Source: Oikopleura dioica (lineage: Eukaryota > Animalia > Chordata). From it: 64,000 nucleotides of DNA. Positions 36,552 through 48,060 of this stretch are shown here, piece after piece. A program made the position numbers and the translations under genes. The stretch covers positions 5,828,001-5,892,000 of the forward strand of contig OU015568.1 in assembly GCA_907165135.1 (NCBI GenBank), read 5' to 3'. The stretch's first letter is position 1. Each line of letters begins with the position of its first letter. Below the pieces are notes generated by a model. It ran no database searches and had not been told where the DNA came from. It saw only the letters and a program-made list of their open reading frames with translations.

Positions 36552-38350
36552 ATGCCAAAGAAGCCAGAAACTACTCTTTTTGGTGACTCCAACACGCCTC
36601 AAAGATCAACTCAGCAGGAGCATCAAGCAACTTCTGCCTCTGATGAGTCATCAACTTCCTCTGGAATGCCGCAAAAGCCAGAAGCAGCGAGGTTAGGCGG
36701 TACAGTAAAGCCTAATTCAGAGCCTAACGCCGCCAAAAAACAGCAATTCAAAAGACTCGAGCAAATTTCTGGCGACGAAGAAGGCGAGCAAACCGGCAAT
36801 TCTCGATTTAAAAAGCAAGTCGTCGAGGAGGAAGAACAACCAGCCGCTCTCCCTCGAGGTCAAAAACCGCCAAGAGCGAATCAACGAAAATATCTTCCTC
36901 CGAGAAATACCGATGGAGAGGAACTTCGTCAACTTAGAGTGAGAAACCAAGAGCTCGAAAATGATTTGAGAATGAAAGAACAACAGCTGAAAAACCAACA
37001 AGAAGAATTTGAAGAGGAAAAAGCTGCGGAACACGAGGATCTGTTGAACCAAGTTGATGACTTGACCGAACAATTGGACAAAATAACGATGGAAAGGTAA
37101 ATTTTTCGTTCAAACGAATCAGAAATTGAGAGTCTCCCTTGATCTAGGGTGGGCAAATGCTTGGGGGGTTGGGCTCCTGTGAGGCTTTGCTCTTCTGTGA
37201 TTGGCGGTTAAAAAATATACTTAGCTCTTATTGTCTGAGGGGCCCCCGACCCAACTGCGGCAGTGGTAATCCCCAAAGTTTTCGAGGATTTTGCCCACTC
37301 TAGGTCTTGATTAAATGAAAAAAATTTGAAATTATTTTACAGAAACGATCTTGTTGCCGAAAACAACGACATCAAGGAGCGCAACGAAACTCTCGACGCC
37401 GAGTACAAGCAAATGGAACTCGATCTCGCTGCAAAAGACGAAGAAATAAAGCGAATCCGAGCCCAAGTCCGTGAAGGACCAGTTAAGCGAGCCGATCACA
37501 TCAAGCTCAAGAATAACTACAATGCTTTAATCGACGAACTGGAGAAGCAAGAAGCTCGAATCAGAAGCGAAATGGTCTCAAAGGCGGATTTTGCGGCGAT
37601 GGAGCAAAGCAAGGAAAACTACAAAAACAAGCTCATCGAGAAAAACGAAGAAGTGGACCAGTATCACAAAGAAATGAAAGCTCATGTTTCTGGAATAATG
37701 ACTTCAAAGGAAAATCAACAAAAGACCTATCAAGAATGCCTCAAAACGATGGAACAAAACGAGCAGAAGTGGAGACGAGCGCTGGAAAATTCTGAAAATC
37801 GACATCGCTATTTTATCAGCAGAAGCAATGAGGCAGAATATGAGCTGAATCGGGTGAAAACTGAGCTTCACTGGAAAAACCAAGATCTTCAGGTCTCTAC
37901 TTATTTTCAAATTCATCATTCAATCAAAACTTTTAGTCGCTAAATGGTCGAATTCACGAGCAAGATCGCGAAATTTCCCGACTTTCCAGAGCCGAAGAAG
38001 ACCTCCATCGAAACATCAAAGAACTGATGACTAAGCATGAAGACATTGTTCATCAAAAAATGCAAGCAGAACAACATCTTCAAGATCATGCTCAAAGAAA
38101 CGAAGCTGATCAGAAACGACTTCAAGAACTCAAAAGACAGGTTTGGAATTCTGACCATAAGCGGGATCATTGATTTGATTTTAGCAAGATGAAATGGCGA
38201 GGCAATTGCAAGTTGGACAGGATGAACGAAATAGGCTCATGACGAGTCGCAAAAATTTTGAAAAAAGAGTCAAAGACAATGAAAATCAATTCAAAAACAA
38301 GCTCAAAGAGCAAGAAGAAAAACTCGAGACATTTGAAGAACTTGAAGAAG
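36552..38350 (+). CDS. Coiled-coil gene with a low-complexity MPKKP... N-terminus instead of a kinase; probably once spliced to the RING exon at ~44739
   Basis: ORFs 36552-37100 and 37326-37943 are paralogous to 23500-24080. The last exon ends FEELEE|gt at 38350, like the pre-RING exon of copy 1. Confidence 0.7.
37144..37303. mobile_element. Small hAT-like MITE in an intron
   Basis: CTAGGGTGGGCAAA ... TTTGCCCACTCTAG with a degenerate 8-bp flank (CCCTTGAT / GTCTTGAT). Confidence 0.65.
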
Positions 38351-39889
38351 GTACAGTTTGAAGCACTTTTAAGGCCAACCCTTTTAAGGCCACTTTTTCG
38401 AAAAATTCCGAAAATCTGTCATCCTAAAAAAATCCACTTTAAGGCCACTTTCCCTTCAATTTCAGTTCAAAATCCGAAAGTTACAGTGTCACTTGAAAAA
38501 GCTTTCTATCTTCGACTGCGTGATGCCTTGTGTTTTTATTTTTATTTTTCTTTTTGGTATTTTTCGATGTTTTTTCTCGACTTTTTCAATTAACGATGAT
38601 TTCTTACGGTCTTGTTTGAATTTTCACTTAGATTTTGATTCCAATTGTTTCAATCTATAATCATTATATAGCCGTGTAAAAATACGCAGAGGAATGTCTT
38701 AACCCTAGCCGGTCAAGGTACTCCAAATATGGAGCAGGTTTTTACTCATTTCCAATATTTAACGTATAATTTCCAAGAAACTCATTCTGGAGCGGTTTTT
38801 TCTATTGCATCTTGATAGACAGGGTTTAATCTATTTCCCCAAGACCATATAATTTGAGATTTATCATTTTTATAGTCTTATTTGCAGGTAAATCCTGGCG
38901 CCAAATATGGAGTACCTTGACCGGTACCCGAGAAAAACCATTAACTAAATCATCTAGGGTGGGCGAAGCCATTTCGAAGCAGGGGGTTTTTTCCGCCAAT
39001 CAGATGCAAGTATTGGTAACGGGGTTCTCCGCTTTGTGTTGGTGCTAAAAACTCGCAGTGGCCAAGTACAGGCAGGTGTCAAGCTGTGCAAATAGGATGC
39101 AACGGGCCCACCGACACGCGCAGCCTACTGCGATGTCCTGCAGAGACTGGTCCTAGCACCAATTTCGAGCAACGCTCGGTGTGATATAGCTTCAAAATCA
39201 GCAAGCTAAGCCGAGGATAAGCTCAAAAGTGAAGTTTTAAAAGAGTAAAAAATTGGAATTTCATAAAACCTTGTAGAGTAATTTTTTGTAGATTTTACTT
39301 CTGAGATCGAAAATATATTTATCTGACCATAGGTAGGCTTACCGCGGTGTTTTTCCATTTTCAAGGTTCTTTTGAAAAATCTCCCCATACTTTCTGAACA
39401 TATGCATCAAGACAAGCCTTGAAAAACTGCACTTGCAGAATTTTCGATATGAGTCATCTTACCCCCTTTTTTGGGGGATTTTTAGCAAGAAAAAAAGCAC
39501 TTGTTTGATTAGAAGCGGCTTTTGAGTGCGTGCTAGATCGATTTTGATAATTTGATGCCTACCATGTGAAAGATAAGCGCAAGATGCATCGATACATATG
39601 AAATTTATTATTGCGGAGTACTTCCTTCATATGATTCTAGAGCTCCAAAGTTGACACAAGCAGCCAGATACGAAAATCCAATATTATCAACTTCTGATAT
39701 AAGCATGCTATGATGATGTTTTATAGCTCAAATTGAAGCTTGTAAATTACTGAACAAAATAGAGTGGTATTTTTTGACCAGCCGGTTGTGCTTCCAGTTC
39801 GTCGCGGTTCATACCCGGAAATAGGTCAAAATGTAGAAATATGTATATCAAATGAATAAATTTTCAACAGCGAATCTTTTGAACATATT

Positions 39890-41230
39890 CAGAAGTTCAA
39901 CCGCCCGGTTATTATTGCGGTTCATGGTGGTTCATGGTGGTTCAAGCGCAGAAATGAACAAAATAGCAGCAATATGTATATCAAATTGAAACATAAATTA
40001 AGAACATTCATAAAATCATTTAATAAGCCCGAACCAACCGGTTGTTCTCCCGGTAAATGGCGGTTCCAAACGGTTCAAGCCTGTTCAAGCTAAAAACATG
40101 CTCAAAGAGGTTCAATATGGTTATCAAATGTATTCATTTACAATAGCAAAGCTTTCTAGAATATTATGAAATTCAACCGCCCGGTTATTCTTGCGGTTCA
40201 TGGTGGTTAATCGTGGTTCAAGCCCAGACATGAACAAAAAAGCATCAATATGCATATCAAATTGAAACATAAATTAAGAACATTCATAAAATCATTTAAT
40301 AAGCCCGAACCAACCGGTTGTTCTCCCGGTAAATGGCGGTTCCAAACGGTTCAAGCCGGTTCAAGCTAAAAACATGCTCAAAGAGGTTCAATATGGTTAT
40401 CAAATGTATTCATTTACAATAGCAAAGCTTTCTAGCATATTATGAAATTCAACCGCCCGGTTATTCTTGCGGTTCATGGTGGTTAATCGTGGTTCAAGCC
40501 CAGACATGAACAAAAAAGCATCAATATGCATATCAAATTGAAACATAAATTAAGAACATTCATAAAATCATTTAATAAGCCCGAACCAACCGGTTGTTCT
40601 CCCGGTAAATGGCGGTTCCAAACGGTTCAAGCCGGTTCAAGCTAAAAACATGCTCAAAGAGGTTCAATATGGTTATCAAATGTATTCATTTACAATAGCA
40701 AAGCTTTCTAGCATATTATGAAATTCAACCGCCCGGTTATTCTTGCGGTTCATGGTGGTTAATCATGGTTCAAGCGCAGAAATGAACAAAATAGCAGCAA
40801 TATGTATATCAAATTGAAACATAAATGAAGAACATTCATAAAATTATTTAATAAGCCCGAACCAACCGGTTGTTCTCCCGGTAAATGGCGGTTCCAAACG
40901 GTTCAAGCCGGTTCAAGCTAAAAACATGCTCAAAGAGGTTCAATATGGTTATCAAATGTATTCATTTACAATAGCAAAGCTTTCTAGCATATTATGAAAT
41001 TCAACCGCCCGGTTATTCTCGCGGTTCATGGTGGTTAATCGTGGTTCAAGCCCAGACATGAACAAAATAGCATCAATATGCATATCAAATTGAATCTTGT
41101 ATTAAGTACATTCGTCGAATCATTGAATAAGCCCAAACCAACCGGTAACTCTCGTGAGAAAAGGCGGTTTCTGACGGTTCAAGCCGGTTAAAGCCGAATA
41201 TATGCTCAAAGTGGTTCAATATGTACGTCA
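39890..41230 (+). repeat. 276-bp tandem satellite, about 5 copies
   Basis: CCGCCCGGTT recurs at 39901, 40177, 40453, 40729 and 41005. Confidence 0.95.
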
Positions 41231-41324
41231 AATGAATGTTTATTAAAAAGCACGTCTTTTGAAACTTTAACGAGATCCGGACGCGTGGTAAAACACTTAA
41301 TATGCGAAAACCAGACCCATTTAT

Positions 41325-43432
41325 TCAATTCAGTCTGCGACGGGGCCAAGCCGACCCGAAGGGGAGGCCAGGCCCGCTTAAATAATTCAGTCTGAGACGA
41401 GGCCAAGCCGACCCGAAGGGGAGGCCAGGCCCGTTCATACAATTCAGTCTGAGACGGGGCCAAGCCGACCCGAAGGGGAGGCCAGGCCCGTTTATTCAAT
41501 TCAGTCTGAGACGGGGCCAAGCCGACCCGAAGGATAGGCCAGGTCCGTTTAAACGATTCAGTCTGCGACGAGCCGAAGCCGACCCGTAGGAGACCAGGCC
41601 CGTTCAAACAATTCAGTCTGCGACGGGGCCAAGCCGACCCGAAGGGAAGGCCAGGCCCCTTTATTCAATTCAGTCTGAGACGGGGCTAAGCCGACCCGAA
41701 GGAGAGGCTAGGCCCGTTTATACAATTCAGTCTGAGACGTGGCCAAGCCGACCCGAAGGAGAGGCCAGGCCCGTTTATACAATTCAGTCTGAGACGGGGC
41801 CAAGCCGACCCGAAGGGGAGGTCAGGCCCATTTATTCAATTCAGTCTGCGACGGGGCCAAGCCGACCCGAAGGGGAGGCCAGGCCCGTTTATTCAATTCA
41901 GTCTGAGATGGGGCTAAGCCGACCCGAAGGAGAGGCCAGGCCCGTTCAAACAATTCAGTCTGCGACGGGGCCAAGCCGACCCGAAGGGGAGGCCAGGCCC
42001 CTTTATTCAATTCAGTCTGAGACGGGGCTAAGCCGACCCGAAGGAGAGGCTAGGCCCGTTTATACAATTCAGTCTGAGACGTGGCCAAGCCGACCCGAAG
42101 GAGAGGCCAGGCCCGTTTATACAATTCAGTCTGAGACGGGGCCAAGCCGACCCTGAGGGGAGGCCAGGCCCGTTCAAACAATTCAGTCTGCGACGGGGCC
42201 AAGCCGACCCGAAGGGGAGGCCAGGCCCGTTTATTCACTTCAGTCTGAGACGGGGCCAAGCCGACCCGGAGGGAGGCCAGGCCCGTTCAAACAATTCAGT
42301 CTGCGACGGGGCCAAGCCGACCCGAAGGGGAGGCCAGGCCCGTTTATTCAATTCAGTCTGAGACGGGGCCAAGCCGACCCGAAGGAGAGGCCAGGCCCGT
42401 TTATACAATTCAGTCTGAGACGGGGCCAAGCCGACCCGAAGGGGAGGCCAGGCCCGTTCAAACAATTCAGTCTGAGACGAGGCCAAGCCGACCCGGAGGA
42501 GGAAAGGCCGGTTCAAACAATTCAGTCTGCGACGGGGCCAAGCCGACCCGAAGGAGAGGCCAGGCCCGTTTATACAATTCGGTCTGAACCGGGGCTAAGC
42601 CGACCCTGAGGGAGGCCAGGCCCGTTCAAACAATTCAGTCTGCGACGGGGCCAAGCCGACCCGAAGGAGAGGCCAGGCCCGTTTATACAATTCAGTCTGA
42701 GACGGGGCCAAGCCGACCCTGAGGGGTGGCCAGGCCCGTTTATTCACTTCAGTCTGAGACGGGGCCAAGCCGACCCGGAGGGAGGCCAGGCCCGTTCAAA
42801 CAATTCAGTCTGCGACGGGGCCAAGCCGACCCGAAGGGGAGGCCAGGCCCGTTTATTCAATTCAGTCTGAGACGGGGCCAAGCCGACCCGAAGGAGAGGC
42901 CAGGCCCGTTTATACAATTCAGTCTGAGACGGGGCCAAGCCGACCCGAAGGGGAGGCCAGGCCCGTTCATACAATTCAGTCTGAGACGGGTCCAAGCCGA
43001 CCCGGAGGGGAGGAAAGGCCGGTTCAAACAATTCAGTCTGCGACGGGGCCAAGCCGACCCGAAGGAGAGGCCAGGCCCGTTTATACAATTCGGTCTGAGA
43101 CGGGGCTAAGCCGACCCGAAGGGGAGGCCAGGCCCGTTTATTCAATTCAGTCTGAGACGGGGCCAAGCCAGACTGAATTGTATAAACGGGCCTGGCCTCC
43201 CTTCGGGTCGGCTTGGCCCCGTCTTAGACTGAATTGTTTGAACGGGCCTGGCCTCTCCTCAGGGTCGGCTTGGCCCCGTCTCAGACTAATTGTATAAACG
43301 GGCCTGGCCTCCCCTTCGGGTCGGCTTGGCCCCGTCTCAAACTGAATTGTTTGAACGGGCCTGGCCTCCCCTCAGGGTCGGCTTGGCCCCGTCTCAGACT
43401 GAATTGTATAAACGGGCCTGGCCTCTCCTTCG
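41325..43432. repeat. 57-bp GC-rich minisatellite, ~32 forward and ~5 inverted copies
   Basis: Unit CAATTCAGTCTGAGACGGGGCCAAGCCGACCCGAAGGGGAGGCCAGGCCCGTTTATA; orientation flips at ~43167. Confidence 0.95.
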
Positions 43433-44724
43433 TGAAATGATTTTATGAATGTTCTTAATTTATGTTTCAATTTGATATACATATTGCTGCTATTTTGTTC
43501 ATTTCTGCGCTTGAACCACCATGAACCACCATGAACCGCAATAATAACCGGGCGGTTGAACTTCTGAATATGTTCAAACGATTCGCTGTTGAAAATTAAT
43601 TCATTTGATATACATATTTCTACATTTTGACCTATTTCCGGGTATGAACCGCGACGAACCGGAAGCACAACCGGCTGGTCAAAAATACCACTCCATTTTG
43701 TTCAGTAATTTATAAGCTTCAATTTGAGCTATAAAACATCATCATAGCATGCTTATATCAGAAGTTGATAATATTGGATTTTCGTATCTGGCTGCTTGCG
43801 TCAACTTTGGAGCTCTAGAATTATATGAAGGAAGTACTCCGCAATAATAAATTTCATATGTATCGATGCATCTTGCGCTTATCTTTCACATGGTAGGCAT
43901 CAAATTATCAAAATCGATCTAGCACGCACTCAAAAGCCGCTTCTAATCAAACAAGTGCTTTTTCTTGCTAAAAATCCCCCAAAAAGGGGGTAAGATGACT
44001 CATATCGAAAATTCTGCAAGTGCAGTTTTTCAAGGCTTGTCTTGGTGCATATGTTCTGAAAGTATGGGGAGATTTTTCAAAAGAGCCTGAAAAATAGAAA
44101 ACACCGCGGTAAGCCTAGCTATGGACCATAGCTCACCTAAGCCTTCCCTTGACGAGAAAGCTCGGGTACCAATTGGTATTGTCTGCTCAAAATAAAGTAC
44201 AGAAAAATCTGCCAAGGCAAAAAGAGCAGATTATAGATAGCGATTCATATATAAAAAATATTTTCATAACTTTATTATAACCAAGGGAATCTTGATTTTT
44301 ACGAAGATGATTTCGAGGTTCATAATCGAAATCTCCGTAAAAATAACCATATAAGGCGAGTTTTCATAAAATTTCAATCTTCATTCTTTTTATCTTCACT
44401 TTTAACCGGCTGAGCTTGATCCGATTTTGCAGCTAAGTTCCCCTTGTTTGTGTTAACTTTGGCTCAATCCATCTCACACCGAGCCTTGCTCAGAGTTGGT
44501 GCTAGGAGCAGTCTCTGCGGGACCTCCCAGTGGGTAGCACATGTCGGTGAACCTCTTGCATCCTATTTGCACAGCTTGACATCATGCCCGTACCTGCCCA
44601 CTGTGAGTTTTTAGCACCAACACAAAGCGGAGTGAGCCTTGGTAACATGAACCAATCAGAGACGAGAAAACCCCTAAGATACTTCCGAATCTTTTGCCCA
44701 CCCTAGTTTATCATTCAGGACCTT

Positions 44725-44925
44725 ATGTCATTATTTAGGAGTGTACTGAGCTGTGTGATTTGCATGGAAAGATACAACGAGGGCGACCATTTCTGCTGCG
44801 TGCTTCCTTGTGGTCATCGATTTGGAAATACCTGCATCAAAGCATCGATAGCGCAGCGCCCGAAATGTCCGACTTGTAACAAACCATGCAAAGTTGAACA
44901 ACTCATCAAAATCTTCGTTAATTGA
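44725..44925 (+). CDS. RING finger (RFWD3/TRAIP-like CGHxFGxxC type) exon or 66-aa mini-gene
   Basis: CVIC...CGHRFGNTC...CPTC; near-identical to 20777-20964. Confidence 0.75.
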   Translation: MSLFRSVLSCVICMERYNEGDHFCCVLPCGHRFGNTCIKASIAQRPKCPTCNKPCKVEQLIKIFVN

Positions 44926-45769
44926 GCCTGAAAATTGAAATGTTCTTTTTGCTAAAAAATTATCAATAAACTATCATCTATAAAGAAAAAATAAAATATA
45001 AATTTATTTTTTATAAACGAATTTTGAAGAATTCAGTATTTATCAAAAGCCTCAGTGAATTTGAAGGAGTGGCAAAATAGTAATTTGCGCCGAGCATGTC
45101 TTACAGCTGATGTTGATTAATAATTCCGAAGATTGGAATTTCGCATTTTCGCAGTTTAGAAAAAATGCGCGAAACGTGTGTTTTAGAATATTCATCTCGT
45201 AACATTCCATTTTTCGCGCGCGATCAGCTTGCGAAAACGAATCTAATCGAAAAATTTTAAGAAATATCGTTAATTATTGAATTATCCGAAAGCTGCTGAT
45301 AAATAACTTGAAAAACCTCTCCTCAAATGGGTCGAAAGTAAGACAAAAATACAGTATTTTTTGACTCAAATTCGCCCCAATTCTTTTTGATAAAACCGCC
45401 AATCAGTAAAAATAACTCCCCAAAAAGCGGGCCACGTTGCAATTCTCAAAATTTTTCGTGAATTCTTTTGAGTTTTGACCTTCTTTTATTTACCTTTTAG
45501 AAGTCATCTTTTTAAGTTTCTTCCTGTTGGCTGGTTTTTGCTGCATCTATGCAAAAATCGTCAGCTTTGAAGATCCGTATCTCGCAAAAAGGTTTGAATA
45601 TTCGGAATACGTAGACAGGAATTCGCAAGTTGAAATTATGTGAACTGAGGCTCTAATTTCGGCTCAAAGAAAGGAATCAAGAGCTCAATTTGAGCTTTCA
45701 ACTTTTCAAATTGAAAATTTGCAATTTCGAAAATTCCGGACTCTGATTCGGGCTTCGCGAGCAGAAGAG

Positions 45770-46145
45770 AAAACCTGACTCAGGCAGAGTTCGAAATCGG
45801 AGCGAAAAATCAAAAGGCTAGGCTAGGCTAGGTAGCGTTCTAGGCGAATTCGCCTAGGTGATTTTGAACCCTGGACTCAGGTTGCTGAAAAAGCTTCGAT
45901 AAAAGCCGCGTAGCGGCTTTCTAAAATCAAGCCGCGAAGCGGCTTCGCCAGATTTAAATTTTTGACCGAAATGATAGTTTTGAAAAGCCGCTTCGCGGCT
46001 TCTTTTAAAAAGCCGCTACGCTAAATAATAAATAAAATTATTATTTCGGTCTTAAATTAAAATCTGGCGAAGCCGCTTCGCGGCTTTGTTTTAAAAAGCC
46101 GCTACGCGGCTTTTTATTAAATATCTTCCTGACCCCGACTCCGGT
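45770..46145. mobile_element. Composite CCTGACTCAGG / AAGCCGC MITE cluster
   Basis: Family motifs and multiple AAGCCGC-GCGGCTT hairpins. Confidence 0.6.
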
Positions 46146-47839
46146 GTTTTACCGTCTTTTCCCTATTATTAATTAAGCCAGCCTTAATAAAGGTAAAACA
46201 AAAAGTGCGTAGCTGTCGAAAAATGGTTCGAAAAAGAGATGGATCCATCTAACGTGGACTGGGTAGATAGGCGACCACGATTCTCGCGATCGGGTTTCTG
46301 TTTTGATTTGAAAGTGTGGTTGATGAAGGAAATCACCGCGTCATTCAACACGGCTCATAGGGTCAATTTTTCGTGATAATAAATTTTCTATTACCGCCGC
46401 TGCTTTAATTTTTCAAGCTGCAGGCTAATTTTATTCATTTATGGAAACAATTTTTTGTCAATAAAAAATACGCATTGCTGAAAAGAGTAATCAGTTTTCA
46501 TGTTTTCTTTTCAGCAGCAAAGTCGAGAACAATCGGATGGGCTTTGGACCTCTCTGCTGGATGTTATCTCGTCGGTCGAGAAGATACTGTGACAGGAACT
46601 CAAGAATTATCAATCTTTTTCCATGGAAAAGCGCATTTACCTTTGAGAGGCGAATTTTCTGAGCCAATTTGGCATATTGTTTCTGGGTCAGATATTTTGG
46701 GATTTCGGTCTTTCCTTTAAATTTTTGCTTTTTCAAAAGACCGAGATTTTTCTGCCGCGACTTAATAGTGAAGATGAATTACTCGCAAATTTTTCCGCTG
46801 AGCTAGCTCAGAAATTTTGATGTGAGAGTCAGCTCAGCTCAATTTTTCTAAAGAAAGCCAGCTCAGCTCAGCTCAATGATTCTTCGAAAAGAGCCAGCTC
46901 AGCTCAGAAAAAATTTCAAAAATTTTCCTCCCTTGATGCTGAGAGAATGTTTACCTCAAAGTATTTCCGAAGCTGAGAATTGTAAAATTGCCTTTCTCCG
47001 AGAATAGTGGAGAAAAAAGAAAAATCGGAAAAAATCGCATTTTTGAAAAAATAATATTCATCGACGATTTTTAAAGAAGTTGAAGATGTTCGTTTGAATA
47101 TTCTAGAGCTACTGTTTTACCTTGAAAACACACGTGACTAGTAGCCTATGAGTCATAATTTATGCCCCTAGGCAAAAAAATATTTTTCTAGCACAACTTT
47201 TACGCTCTTTCAGATGAGCACATAAAAAGGGGGTCATTTTTGCCCGAAAATTTCTTATTGAAATTCGTCTACAAGTAGTGTTTCAACTTTGTACCAGGTT
47301 CGACTTGACGAAAGAAACGATGAGTCATCAATGATGAGAGAAAATTCTTGGGGCAGCTATTTTTGGATAAAATGGAATACACTCGAAAAACGTGAAAACG
47401 ATGAGCCAGTGTTAACTCATCAAGCCGTGTTTCCTCGCGTAAATGGGTTAAAATCCAGCTTGGATTGAGGCTGTTTATATGTCTTTCAATCAAAGCCATA
47501 TCTCTCCTCTCAATTCTCCCTAGAAATTTTTCGACAAAAATTTTTACGAAAAAAATTGAAAAGAAACTGTTTAGGAAATTGAATCATAAATATCGCAAAT
47601 GAATGCATATGAAAATCTGGTTGTCTCCTGATCCGATCAACCAAATCGCCAAAGCCAAACACCCTTTCCCAGAAAATGGAACGTGGCTCAATCCGCGGCT
47701 CAATTCGCGTGGCGGAAATTATTTTTGATAAACTTTTCAAAACAGTGCCAGGTTACCGAGTTTTTTATCGTTTATCGCAAAAAGCGAAACAACGTTTTTA
47801 AAAAACTTTGTTTTAGAGACAAAAAAAATTTGGTTAAAA

Positions 47840-48060
47840 TCGGCAACCTGCGTGGAAATCCTGAGTCAGGGTTCTGGAAGGTTTTCAACGAAAAGCCGCG
47901 TAGCGGCTTTTAAAACGAAGCCGCAAAGCGGCTTTGAAAGGAATTTTAAAGAGATAAGGGTGATCTTATTTTTGAAGCCCCTCTGCGGCTTCGTGTCGAA
48001 AAAAAGCCGCGGCGCGGCCATTCGTTAAAACGTTTCGACGACCCTGAGTCAGGATTACCG
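47840..48060. mobile_element. CCTGACTCAGG-family MITE copy
   Basis: TCGGCAACCTGCGTGGAAATCCTGAGTCAGGG with internal GCCGC/GCGGC hairpins. Confidence 0.65.

Larger units (their letters stand above)
39327..44124. mobile_element. Inner foldback element with ~690-bp near-identical inverted arms
   Basis: 39327-~40020 is the reverse complement of ~43435-44124. Confidence 0.8.
38954..44706. mobile_element. 5.75-kb composite foldback / hAT-like element, non-coding
   Basis: Ends CTAGGGTGGGC / GCCCACCCTAG with a degenerate 8-bp flank (TAAATCAT / TTTATCAT). The outer inverted arms are diverged (~38954-39190 vs ~44470-44706). Confidence 0.65.

Noticed and set aside
41325-43432. CRISPR array, ribozyme array, or 19-aa repeat protein
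   Set aside because: There are no unique spacers. CTGAGA lacks the GAAA and stem partners of a hammerhead, and I could not build an HDV-like fold. The repeat ORFs are frame-broken by-products of the 57-bp period.
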